Shown here: piece by piece, positions 40,359-50,501 of the stretch
Layout: each line of letters starts with the position of its first letter
Position numbering within the stretch: the stretch's first letter is position 1
Source of the DNA: Alphaproteobacteria bacterium
Lineage (GTDB): Bacteria; Pseudomonadota; Alphaproteobacteria; G965222575
Length of the DNA: 64,000 nt
Assembly: GCA_965222575.1 (NCBI GenBank)
Contig: OZ244958.1
Coordinates: forward strand, 544,001 to 608,000
Direction of reading: 5' to 3'
Notes under the pieces: generated by a model
Told to the model about the DNA's origin: nothing
The model's input: only the letters and a program-made list of their open reading frames with translations
Database searches by the model: none
Position numbers and translations under genes: made by a program

Positions 40359-40979
40359 ATGAGGAAAGGGTGTTGTGCGTTATTGTTAGTGGTGTTGGTT
40401 TCTTTTGGGACGCTACAAGCGACAACGGAGCTTCATTTCGCTGCGCGTGCGGGGGATGTTAGGGCTATTGAGCGGTTGCTAGCAGAGGGGGCTTATATTT
40501 ATGCTGAGGATAGAGAGGGGAAGAGGGCGCTTCATGAGGCGACGACTAAGGAAGTAGTAAGGGTACTGATTAGGGCTGGTGGGGAAGTTCATGGTCAGGA
40601 TAAGAGGGGGTGGATGCCGCTTCATTGGGCGGTGAAGAGGGGCAATTTGGAGGTAGTGAAAGCGTTGATATTAGCTGGGGCTTCTGTGAATGGTGAAGGC
40701 AACTTAAAATCGATACCTCTTCATATTGCGGCTTGGTATGGGCATGAGAAGATTGTGGAGATGCTGTTAAATGCGAGGTCTAAAATCAACGTTCAAGAGT
40801 CTCAGGGACAAACCCCTCTTCATTATGCTGTGATGCAGGGGAAGGGGAGGGTTGCTGAGATGCTGATAACGGCAGGGGGGTATAGTGGGATTCGCAATGA
40901 AGAAGGGATGACTCCCCTTGATATGGCAAAAAAGATGCGGTGGGGAGATCTAGTGAGAAAGCTTGAAAAGGGGCGCTAA
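40359..40979 (+). CDS. Secreted ankyrin-repeat protein 6
   Basis: MRKGCCALLLVVLVSFGTLQA signal peptide; about 5 ankyrin repeats. Confidence 0.93.
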   Translation: MRKGCCALLLVVLVSFGTLQATTELHFAARAGDVRAIERLLAEGAYIYAEDREGKRALHEATTKEVVRVLIRAGGEVHGQDKRGWMPLHWAVKRGNLEVVKALILAGASVNGEGNLKSIPLHIAAWYGHEKIVEMLLNARSKINVQESQGQTPLHYAVMQGKGRVAEMLITAGGYSGIRNEEGMTPLDMAKKMRWGDLVRKLEKGR

Positions 40980-41197
40980 TCTCGGCAAAGATATGGGGCT
41001 AGCAGAGTCCGGGACACGGGATAGCGGCTACTAGTAAGATAGTAAGAGTAGTGACTTATTGGAGAAAATGTGTCAAGAGGCATCAATTTTAAGGATGGGT
41101 TGAGGCTTTGTGGGGACACAACCTGTACTCTGTACTCTGTATCCTGTTGAGTTTCAGTATTGTGAGTGGGAATTGAGCGTTTTAGTGGTTTTGGGCT

Positions 41198-41494
41198 CTA
41201 TTCTTCAACTTTCTGGTATCCTTGTGCGCGATAGTGTTTGTCTAAAAATTCTCTGATGGAGAGTAAGAGATAAGTGTGAAGGCATAAAATAATTATCATG
41301 AGGATGACAACGGAGCGTACAATAAAGCTAGCCCCTAAGACACATAGCATAAAAATTGCGCCCTGCTTCCAGAGTCCTTTATAAAAGAGGTAAAAGACTC
41401 CAAATAAGAAGAGATACCAATAGACTAAAAGTGTGACTTCTTTTCTATCGCCTGTTTCAGGTTGTTCATAGACGACTTTGGAAAAATCTAACAT
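41198..41494 (-). CDS. Small membrane protein, DUF2628-like
   Basis: YWYLFLFGVFYLFYKGLW and C-terminal Y...GY pattern; 2-3 TM segments. Confidence 0.6.
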   Translation of the reverse strand: MLDFSKVVYEQPETGDRKEVTLLVYWYLFLFGVFYLFYKGLWKQGAIFMLCVLGASFIVRSVVILMIIILCLHTYLLLSIREFLDKHYRAQGYQKVEE

Positions 41495-41591
41495 TGTCTT
41501 TACTTTGAGCGCTATAAAAAGGATTTTATCATAAAAACCTCATGTTATCATCAGCATTTTTTTGGTGTAGTGGGAAAAAGAGCCTGCTTTT

Positions 41592-42850
41592 TCAGGGATA
41601 GTTGGGAAAACAGGGTCTATTATTATCAGCACTTTTCGGGGTTATGTGCGCAAAGCGGAGAGACTTTTTCGGGGATAGTAGTGAAAACGCCTCACCCGAG
41701 GGTTCACCCCGCGCGGGTCTTTATTTTGTGTCTACAGGAGGAAGCCGCATTGTCAGGGATAGTAGTGAAAACGCCTCACCCGAGGGTTCACCCCGCGCCG
41801 GAAAACGGTATAGTTTGTGTCTACAGAAGAGAGTCCGCATTGTCAGGGATAGTAGTGAAAACGCCTCACCCGAGGGTTCACCCCGCGCCGTCTTTATTTT
41901 GTGTCTACAGGAGGAAGCCGCATTGTCAGGGATAGTAGTGAAAACGCCTCACCCGAGGGTTCACCCCGCGCCGTCTTTATTTTGTGTCTACAGGAGGAGT
42001 CCGCATTGTCAGGGATAGTAGTGAAAACGCCTCACCCGAGGGTTCACCCGCGCCGTCTTTATTTTGTGTCTACGCATTGACGGAGGAACGTAACTAGGTG
42101 AAAAGCTTCACCCGAGGGTTCACCCTTGCGTTTGCGGCCGTCTTTATTTTGTGTCTACAGGAGGAGCCCGCATTGTCAGGGATAATGAAAACGCAGGGTC
42201 TCTCAGTACCGAGGGTTCACCCCGCGCGGGTCTTTATTTTGTGTCTACAGGAGGAGAGCCGCATTGTCAGGGATAGTAGTGAAAACGGCCTCACCCGAGG
42301 GTTCACCCGCGCCGTCTTTATTTTGTGTCTACAGGAGGAAGCCCGCATTGTTCAAAGGCCCTACTTTTTGGGGTTAGTGAAAACGCCTGCGGATCGGGGC
42401 GAGCCGTTATTCAGTCTGCTTTGATTGATTGTGTCGATCACAAGTCGGTAGCTTTTTCAGGGATAGTAGTGAAAACGCCTCACCCGAGGGTTCACCCCGC
42501 GCCGTCTTTATTTTGTGTCTACAGGAGAAACCCGCATTGTCAGGGGTAGGGAAAACGGCTCACCCGAGGGTTCACCTCGTAGCCGTCTTTATTTTGTGTC
42601 TACAGAGGAGGAGCTCCCGCATTGTCAGGGTTAGTTGGGAAAACGGCTTGTCACCCGAGGGTTCAGGCCCTCGGGGTCTTTAGTGCTACGACTGGCAAGG
42701 GAAACCCGCACACAGGATATCGTGAGCGGGGATATCAACGTACCATCGTCATCGAGGGTTCACCCGAAATTGCGGGTCTTTATTTTGTGTCTACAGAAGG
42801 AGCACTCCGCATTTTCAGGGATAAGTTGGGAAAACAGGGCTATTATCGGT
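41592..42850. repeat. Tandem array of about 83 bp hairpin-containing units, about 13-14 copies, degenerate toward the right
   Basis: Unit cagggatagtagtgaaaacgcctcacccgagggttcaccccgcgccgtctttattttgtgtctacaggaggaagccgcattgt at 41670, 41754, 41844, 41927, 42010 ... Confidence 0.95.
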
Positions 42851-42992
42851 ACAGCTACTTTTCGCAACGGGTTAGGAATTCCACAAAAAACGTCGAAAGG
42901 CTTTTTCAGGTGTAATGGCGAAAAATGAATACTACTCCCTATGCATTGCGCAGTGACGGCAAAGACTGCTCATCAGCACTTTGGAATAAGAA

Positions 42993-43035
42993 AATGACTA
43001 AAGCCTCTTATTTCTAAGAGTATTTGAAGGCGGCC
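42993..43035 (-). other. 3' arm of the 16S precursor processing stem (pairs with 44704-44749)
   Basis: aatgactaaagcct...taagagtatttgaaggcggcc is the imperfect reverse complement of ggccgccttcaattactctta...aaggctttgtcatt. Confidence 0.85.
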
Positions 43036-43117
43036 GTAAATGAATATTTGATAAAAGTTTATGTTACTAAAAAATGTGAGAGAGGGTAAAAAAACCCCTC
43101 CTACCACATTTTACTCG

Positions 43118-44622
<1,505 letters not shown>

Positions 44623-44755
44623 AACAGCTCGAAATTTCAAAAAATCACTACTAAAAAGAGACTCCTTGAAACATCCTTAAGCTGTTTCTCCAAGTTCATC
44701 CCTGGCCGCCTTCAATTACTCTTAAAAATATAACAAAGGCTTTGTCATTAAAAAT

Positions 44756-44804
44756 ACAATGTCAAAGAATTAAATAGACCTCGTCAAAGAACTAAATAGA
44801 CCTC
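44756..44804 (-). promoter_or_regulatory. rrn leader boxA-like element within a 22-bp tandem duplication
   Basis: TTCTTTGACATTGT on the minus strand; gtcaaagaaYtaaatagacctc at 44761 and 44783. Confidence 0.6.
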
Positions 44805-44805
44805 C

Positions 44806-44834
44806 ATCCTACTTGAGAACCCTTGGGGATGCAA
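44806..44834 (-). promoter_or_regulatory. Putative 16S promoter
   Basis: TTGCAT-N17-TAGGAT on the minus strand. Confidence 0.55.
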
Positions 44835-44966
44835 GACTTATTTAGAGGTTTCTTTTAACCCAATCCTCACCCCCTGTTTCTCCATTTTCTATAGGAAACC
44901 CCAACAAAAACTGCTATACTTACACCACTCGCCACCAGGGAAAATCCTTATGATAGAGAAAGTCTA

Positions 44967-45956
44967 ATGCCTGATACTCACTCTTCTCCTTTGCTTATGC
45001 GCCCCTCCTCTTTAGAAAAATTTGTGGGACAAAAAACCCTCGTGCAGAACCTCACCGTTTTTATTCAGGCCGCATTAGGGCGGCAAGAAACCCTAGACCA
45101 TTGCCTCTTTTCAGGCCCACCAGGACTCGGAAAAACTACTATTGCACGCCTCATTGCAAGAGAAATGGGCGCTAATCTTTGCTCCACCGCAGGCCCAACC
45201 CTCTCTCATAGCGGTGACCTTGCCTCCCTCCTGACAAACCTCCAACCCAATGATATCCTCTTCATTGATGAAATCCACCGACTCCCTCCAGCTGTGGAAG
45301 AAACACTCTATCCTGCCATGGAGGATTGTAAACTTGATATTCTGATAGGAGAAGGCCCTACGGCAAGAAGTCTGTCTATTGATCTCCCCCCTTTCACCTT
45401 AGTAGGGGCTACCACAAGAAGCGGCTTGTTGACCTCTCCTTTTAGAGAACGCTTCGGCATTGCCTTTGCCCTCTATTACTATAGCACTGATGAACTCGAA
45501 GAGATTCTGAAAAACAGCGCGCAAGCCTTAAGCATTGCTATTGATGAAGATGCCCTTTTCACCCTAGCGAAACGTAGCCGTGGCACGCCGCGGAGAGCGT
45601 TGAGACTCTTAAGGCGGGTGAGAGATTTTTCCGAAACCATGAAGGAGAATTCTATCTCAAAAATCACCACTGAAAAATCCTTAGAAAGCATGAAAATTGA
45701 TACCCTAGGACTTGAGATTTTAGACCAACGGTATCTGTCGGTCTTGCATAAACAATTTCGCGGGGGGCCCGTGGGACTTGACACCCTCTCCACTGTTTTG
45801 TCAGAACCAAAAGATGTTATTGAAGATGTCATTGAACCCTTTCTTCTCCAACAGAGCCTCATCCATAAAACGCCGCGAGGACGCCTCTTAACGCGCGGCG
45901 GCTTTGCACACCTAGGGGCTAGACCAACAGCACAGATTTTATCCTTGAAACTGTAA
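44967..45956 (+). CDS. ruvB: Holliday junction branch-migration helicase
   Basis: GPPGLGKTT, LFIDEIHRL, YPAMED, GATTRSG, RGTPR. Confidence 0.97.
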   Translation: MPDTHSSPLLMRPSSLEKFVGQKTLVQNLTVFIQAALGRQETLDHCLFSGPPGLGKTTIARLIAREMGANLCSTAGPTLSHSGDLASLLTNLQPNDILFIDEIHRLPPAVEETLYPAMEDCKLDILIGEGPTARSLSIDLPPFTLVGATTRSGLLTSPFRERFGIAFALYYYSTDELEEILKNSAQALSIAIDEDALFTLAKRSRGTPRRALRLLRRVRDFSETMKENSISKITTEKSLESMKIDTLGLEILDQRYLSVLHKQFRGGPVGLDTLSTVLSEPKDVIEDVIEPFLLQQSLIHKTPRGRLLTRGGFAHLGARPTAQILSLKL

Positions 45957-46408
45957 TGCCCTCACTCGGTAAGCTCCACAATAAAGAACACACCTTTACA
46001 CTCAGAGTCTTCTGGGAAGATACAGATGCTAGCGGGCGGGTTTATCATGCGAACTACTTGAAATTCGCTGAACGGGCGCGGTCTGCTTTCCTAACGCTTA
46101 TGGGACTTAATCAACAAGACTTAATGAAAACACAGCATATTGCTATTGTTGTGAAAGAGTGCCATATCTCTTATCATAAAGGGGCACTCCTGTTGGACAC
46201 CCTCTTGGTACGCACGCGCCTCTCACAGCTCAAAGGGGCTACCGTTACCCTCTTGCAAACCATCCTCTGTGGTGAAGCCCCCGTTGCCGACTTGACAGTA
46301 AAACTAGCATTCCTGAAAAAAGAAACCCCATGCCGTGTTCCTCCTGCCATCAAGAGTTTCTTAACAACTTCATTGACATGCTTTTTTCTTTATCTTACAA
46401 TCCTTTAA
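45956..46408 (+). CDS. ybgC: Tol-Pal-associated acyl-CoA thioesterase
   Basis: RVFWEDTDASG.VYHANYLKFAERAR; lies between ruvB and tolQ. Confidence 0.92.
   Translation: MPSLGKLHNKEHTFTLRVFWEDTDASGRVYHANYLKFAERARSAFLTLMGLNQQDLMKTQHIAIVVKECHISYHKGALLLDTLLVRTRLSQLKGATVTLLQTILCGEAPVADLTVKLAFLKKETPCRVPPAIKSFLTTSLTCFFLYLTIL
46373..46401 (+). promoter_or_regulatory. Putative sigma70 promoter for tolQRA
   Basis: TTGACA-N17-TACAAT. Confidence 0.65.
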
Positions 46409-46416
46409 GACTTTGA

Positions 46417-46462
46417 GAGGTGCCTCGAGAGGGTCCTCAAGAGGTTCCTCAAGAGGTCACTC
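46417..46462. repeat. Four 12-bp-period palindromic units GAGG-NN-CCTC in the tolQ leader
   Basis: gaggtgcctc ga gagggtcctc aa gaggttcctc aa gaggtcactc. Confidence 0.85.
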
Positions 46463-46547
46463 TCACAAAGTGGTCATCACCACTGGAATGTTGATGACTG
46501 AACAGAGTGCTTAATCATTAATTTTAACTAAAAAATATTTGAACGGT

Positions 46548-47165
46548 ATGGCATACGATCACACGATTTGGGGTATGTTTTTGCAATCTACCTTTATGGT
46601 CAAGGGGATTTTGATTTTTCTTTTTATCTTATCCATTTGGACATGGGCTATTATTATGGAAAGATTGGTATTTTTCTTTCTTTTAAACAGGCGTAATAAG
46701 AGCTTTATGAAGGAGTTCACACTGTCGAGGATTGCCTCTTATGACAAGATTAGCTGGAAGAGTCCCTATGAACGGTTAGTGGTGGAGGCTTTATCGGCTT
46801 CTAAAGGGAAAGAGGCGACTGCGGATAGTGTTTGGGCTAGTTTGGATTACAGTATCAATACAGAGGCCTTGCGGGTGAAGAAGAATGCTACTGTGTTGGC
46901 GATTGTTTCGTCTGCGGCGCCTTTTATTGGGTTGTTAGGCACGGTGTGGGGGGTGATGAATACCTTTACGGCTATGGCGGTCTCTGAGTCGGCAGCTTTA
47001 GCTGTGGTGGCACCTGGTATTGCGGAAGCTTTATTTGCTACGGGGGTTGGGTTATTTGCTGCTATTCCTGCTAGTATTGGGTATAATACGCTCACATCAC
47101 GGTCTGCTGCGTTTAGGATGAAACTAGAGCATTTCGCAGACGAGATTGTCAAAAGAGTCGCGTGA
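46548..47165 (+). CDS. tolQ: TolQ (MotA/TolQ/ExbB family)
   Basis: APFIGLLGTVWGVM, VVAPGIAEAL.ATG.GL.AAIPA. Confidence 0.93.
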   Translation: MAYDHTIWGMFLQSTFMVKGILIFLFILSIWTWAIIMERLVFFFLLNRRNKSFMKEFTLSRIASYDKISWKSPYERLVVEALSASKGKEATADSVWASLDYSINTEALRVKKNATVLAIVSSAAPFIGLLGTVWGVMNTFTAMAVSESAALAVVAPGIAEALFATGVGLFAAIPASIGYNTLTSRSAAFRMKLEHFADEIVKRVA

Positions 47166-47171
47166 AGCCAC

Positions 47172-47627
47172 ATGGCTTTTTCACTATCCTCACAGAGTAA
47201 CGGTCAAAAAAGTAAAAGGCGATTCTCTACCCCTGCATCAGCATTGGATGACAGCATTAATGTCACACCTTTTGTGGATGTTTTGCTGGTTTTGCTGGTG
47301 ATTTTTATCCTAACGGCGCAATTTATTAACCAAGGTGTTGATGTTTCTCTTCCTAAGACTAAGGCTCAGGACATTGCCGAGATTGATAACAATGTTGCTA
47401 TTTCTTATAAGGCGGATGGCACGTTATATCTGAATGACAAACGGATATTGTTGGACAATTTAGCCTCTGCTATGGAGCCATATTTTCCGGAGAAGGAGAC
47501 GATTCCCCTTTTGTTGAGAGCTGATGAAACGCTGGATTATGGAGACGTGATGATTGTAGTTGCTCGCCTTAATCGTTTAGGGTTCAAAAGGATGGTGTTT
47601 TTAACGGATGACACAAAGGAAAAGTAA
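47172..47627 (+). CDS. tolR: TolR (ExbD/TolR family)
   Basis: INVTPFVDVLLVLLVIF, LRAD..LDYGDVM. Confidence 0.93.
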   Translation: MAFSLSSQSNGQKSKRRFSTPASALDDSINVTPFVDVLLVLLVIFILTAQFINQGVDVSLPKTKAQDIAEIDNNVAISYKADGTLYLNDKRILLDNLASAMEPYFPEKETIPLLLRADETLDYGDVMIVVARLNRLGFKRMVFLTDDTKEK

Positions 47628-47730
47628 CCTTTTATTCCTTTTATTTTTTAGGAGTGAGGGGGTCTTATTGGGGGGATTTTTCTGGAAGGGAGTTGCGGTT
47701 GTGGGCAGTTCTTATTAAGGTGTGCACTTT

Positions 47731-48624
47731 ATGCAATTTTCTACTGTGAAAGAAAGGCTAAAAGGGTGGTGGGAAAGTCTGTATCAGCGGGGGCGTGCGT
47801 CGTGGCCGTATATTGTTTCCTTTTTGATTCACCTTTTTCTTATACTACTTTTTATGGGGTCTGGTGTTGGTGGGAAGTTTGAAGGGCCTCTTAAGGTGGA
47901 GGGTTTTTTTCTAGAAGAGGAGCCTGAAGGTCCAGAAGAGGAGCCGAAGGAGGAGGAGCAAAAGGGCCCGGAGGAAGAGGAGGCCCCTGTGCCGCCACAA
48001 GCCCCTCCGAAGCCGACACCGGACTTAGTGCCGGAACCGCCACCGCCACCTCCGTTGCCTAAGCCGGAGGTACCGCCACCGCCGCCTGATTTAGAACCTG
48101 TGCCGGAAGAAGACCCGGATGCTATTCCTATACCGGAGGAAGAGCCTACAGACGAGCAACCGGAAGAGGAGAGGCCGGAAGAAGAGCAACCGGAAGAGGA
48201 GAGGCCGGAAGAGGAGGAACCGGAAGAGGAGAGGCTGGAAGAGGAGCCTTTAGAAGAAGAAGTGCCTGAATCTGAGCCTGCACCGGATGCTGAACTACCG
48301 GAAGAAGAGCTCACGCCAGAAGAGCAGGTATTAGCGCATATCAAAGCGCACTGGAAGTGGCCAGCAGGGGTGAAAAAAAGTCTGTTGCAGTATGTGACTA
48401 TTATCTGTAGGATTACCCTCACGCAAGGAATGGACTTTGTGGCAATTGATGAGATTGACATCAAGCCACCGGAAGACTCTGAGATTACGCAAGATATGTT
48501 GGTCTCTTTATATGAGAGTGTTGAGAAGACCTTTCATTTAGCGTCTCCTTTGCCTAATTTTCCTGATGTTTATGAGAAATCTGGTAATTACTATAGCTTA
48601 AAGATGCGTATGTTGTTTTATTAA
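47731..48624 (+). CDS. tolA: TolA/TonB-like energy transducer with Pro/Glu-rich linker
   Basis: TM segment with SFLIH (SxxxH), long P/E-rich linker with 15-bp PEEE(R/Q/E) repeats, small C-terminal domain; follows tolR. Confidence 0.75.
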   Translation: MQFSTVKERLKGWWESLYQRGRASWPYIVSFLIHLFLILLFMGSGVGGKFEGPLKVEGFFLEEEPEGPEEEPKEEEQKGPEEEEAPVPPQAPPKPTPDLVPEPPPPPPLPKPEVPPPPPDLEPVPEEDPDAIPIPEEEPTDEQPEEERPEEEQPEEERPEEEEPEEERLEEEPLEEEVPESEPAPDAELPEEELTPEEQVLAHIKAHWKWPAGVKKSLLQYVTIICRITLTQGMDFVAIDEIDIKPPEDSEITQDMLVSLYESVEKTFHLASPLPNFPDVYEKSGNYYSLKMRMLFY

Positions 48625-48701
48625 GGTTGAGGCGTGGGGGTTTTCTGGGAGTTTTGAGAGAGAGGGTTTTTTTCGTAGGGTCTTTATAGTAGAGTATTTT
48701 G

Positions 48702-48775
48702 GGGTCTGTAGCTCAGTTGGTGAGAGTGCGCGCCTGATAAGCGTGAGGTCGGGTGTTCGAGTCACCCCAGACCCA
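48702..48775 (+). tRNA. tRNA-Ile (GAT)
   Basis: GGGTCTG/CAGACCC acceptor stem, anticodon loop ctGATaa, TTCGA T-loop; CCA not encoded. Confidence 0.96.
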
Positions 48776-48882
48776 CTGGTTTGCTGTGGGGTTGAGATGA
48801 GTTAGGAATGTCTTGTTGACTGAGATATGCGGTTGGTATTTGGGTTTTTATTTTGTTATTATAGGGCTTGTGTTGACGCATT

Positions 48883-48958
48883 GGGGGTGTAGCTCAATTG
48901 GTAGAGCGCCTGTTTTGCAAGCAGGAGGTCGTCGGTTCGATTCCGTCCACCTCCACCA
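48883..48958 (+). tRNA. tRNA-Ala (TGC)
   Basis: GGGGGTG/CACCTCC stem with G3:U70, ttTGCaa loop, encoded CCA. Confidence 0.97.
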
Positions 48959-49071
48959 GTGTTAGTGTATGTGTGTGGAGAGACGGATGAAAATGTCCAA
49001 TGGAGACGCTATTGATGTCCAAAATTAGAGCAGGCGCACAAGCCGAGATACCCCCACTACTGGACTAGGTA

Positions 49072-49100
49072 TTGACAATGAGGGGAAAAGCTTATATCTT
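49072..49100 (+). promoter_or_regulatory. Orphan sigma70-like promoter
   Basis: TTGACA-N17-TATCTT with no sizeable downstream ORF. Confidence 0.45.
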
Positions 49101-49165
49101 AGGGGTATTCGCGCTTTCGCGGGCGTGTCACATGGAAACGAAATATATCGTATCCTTGTAATCAA

Positions 49166-49207
49166 ATACGAAGCCTTGGTGTCCACAAAACCTCCAAGGC
49201 TTTGTAT
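49166..49207. terminator. 14-bp stem hairpin downstream of ankyrin gene 7
   Basis: atacgaagccttgg / ccaaggctttgtat with a 14-nt loop. Confidence 0.55.
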
Positions 49208-49235
49208 CGTTATTGGGCAAGCTACAGCTTACGTA

Positions 49236-49658
49236 CTAATCTTCTGTCTTATTGAGCGCTGTTTCTAGGATTTTGATTATATCCTTATTGCCTCCTTTAA
49301 CCGCTAACTGAAGCGGTGTTAAGCCGTCCTTATCCTGTACCTTCACAGAAGCCCCCTTCTCCACTAGGAACGCTACTACCTCCTTGTGCCCCCCCTCAAT
49401 AGCTTTTTTCAGCGGTGAGTCCGCGAAAGAACTCCCATTGATGTTTGCTCCCTCCCCTATGAATTTTTTTATAGCCGCTAAATCTCCACTTTTAGCCGCC
49501 GCTTGGATTGCAGAGGTAAGGTTATCAATATCAATACCCGTTTGCTCTTTGACGATTTGTTTGAGCAGTGAGTCTAAAATTCCTGCCTTAGCAGGGGGAT
49601 GAAAACTAAGGGCTATGATTACACCCAAAGCACTGAGTATCATTAGCTTTTTCATCAT
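49236..49658 (-). CDS. Small secreted ankyrin-repeat protein 7
   Basis: Signal peptide ending in AKA, 2-3 ankyrin repeats (DSPLKKA, LTPLQLA). Confidence 0.88.
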   Translation of the reverse strand: MMKKLMILSALGVIIALSFHPPAKAGILDSLLKQIVKEQTGIDIDNLTSAIQAAAKSGDLAAIKKFIGEGANINGSSFADSPLKKAIEGGHKEVVAFLVEKGASVKVQDKDGLTPLQLAVKGGNKDIIKILETALNKTED

Positions 49659-49728
49659 GTTAATACCCTTTAATCATCATAAATATACTATAAAGCTATA
49701 AAGCGTGCTTGGCAACACACTTTGTTAT

Positions 49729-50136
49729 TTACCATTCGCCCATGGAGGCAACGACACGACCTACAATAGCAATGTCTTGTCCCTCGTAATCAGGCTCTAA
49801 CATAAAAGGCTTGTAATCAGGATTGCTAGAACTTGCCTCTAAGCGTCCGCCCGGAAGTCGTTGGATGTTTTTGACAAGTAATTCGTTGCCTATTCTGAGG
49901 ACATACATTTTCGCATTGATTAAAGGGTCAGCCCCGCCCCGATCCACTAAAATGAAATCTCCCTCCCGCAGGCGAGGTTCCATAGAATTTCCTATGGCAT
50001 CAATAACTCCTAAATTACCAGAAGATACCCCTTTGTTTTTCAACCATCTACGAGAAAACGCGTATTCGTGTGTCTTGGTCTCTAGCCTTTCTCCAATTTC
50101 CTTCTTCATGTAGGTGTTTTTGAGAAATTGTCTCAA
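49729..50136 (-). pseudogene. Phage CI-like repressor C-terminal S24 peptidase domain, HTH missing
   Basis: AFSRRWL, GNSMEP.L.EGD, LLVKNI, SSNPDY, IVGRVV. Confidence 0.8.
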
Positions 50137-50317
50137 TTGTTATTGACAAAAGGAAATAAATGGGGTGCCCACTAGTGGGTTCCTCACGCAGAAAAAGACG
50201 TGATGAAATGATACACTCCAAACAACACGGCTTATTTGGAGCAGAGAGCGGACTTTGGCAGGGATTCCGTACCCGTAGGGTCGTCACTCCCGACTATCAT
50301 TGTGTTTATTGTATACG

Positions 50318-50497
50318 GACTTCAGGCAAAATACAAGACAAAGTGAATAGTTTTTTGTCCTAAGAGGGGGGGAGGTGCAGAAGGTATTGGTGATGTTAGC
50401 AAGACATTTTAAGTGGCAACCCAGTGAGATTAAGGCACTCTCTTGCCGTGAGGCCGTACTTTACGCAAATAAAATTGTTAAGGTTTTGAAAAAATGA
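50318..50497 (+). pseudogene. 3' end of a phage tail assembly chaperone plus -1 frameshift extension (P2 GpE/E'-like)
   Basis: ...IQDKVNSFLS* ends over T TTT TTG (50351-50357); the -1 frame is open into VQKVLVMLARHFKWQPSEIKALSCRE... (F.W.PSE motif), 50375-50497. Confidence 0.75.
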
Positions 50498-50501
50498 CTG
50501 C

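Noticed and set aside
34587-40425. Minus-strand ORFs starting MKRR across the ankyrin array
   Set aside because: ATGAAGCGGCG is simply the reverse complement of the conserved CGCCGCTTCAT word; shadows, not genes
34665-40624. CCGCTTC is the reverse complement of GAAGCGG, the Staphylococcus aureus Chi site
   Set aside because: The organism is an alphaproteobacterium and the word clusters in ankyrin genes rather than being dispersed; treated as coincidence unless a genome-wide polarity test says otherwise
41121-41147. ctgtact x3 microrepeat
   Set aside because: Too short and intergenic, with no evidence of function
41670-42850. CRISPR array (gggttcaccccgcg resembles half of a type I-E repeat)
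   Set aside because: Units are contiguous and nearly identical along their whole length, with no unique spacers, no second palindrome arm and no cas genes; the variable parts look like consensus noise
47829-48464. 211-aa Ser/Gly-rich ORF
   Set aside because: Antisense shadow of the Pro/Glu-rich tolA linker
50160-50310. Possible phage ash/C4-like leader RNA
   Set aside because: Only vague resemblance; the characteristic stems could not be built by eye
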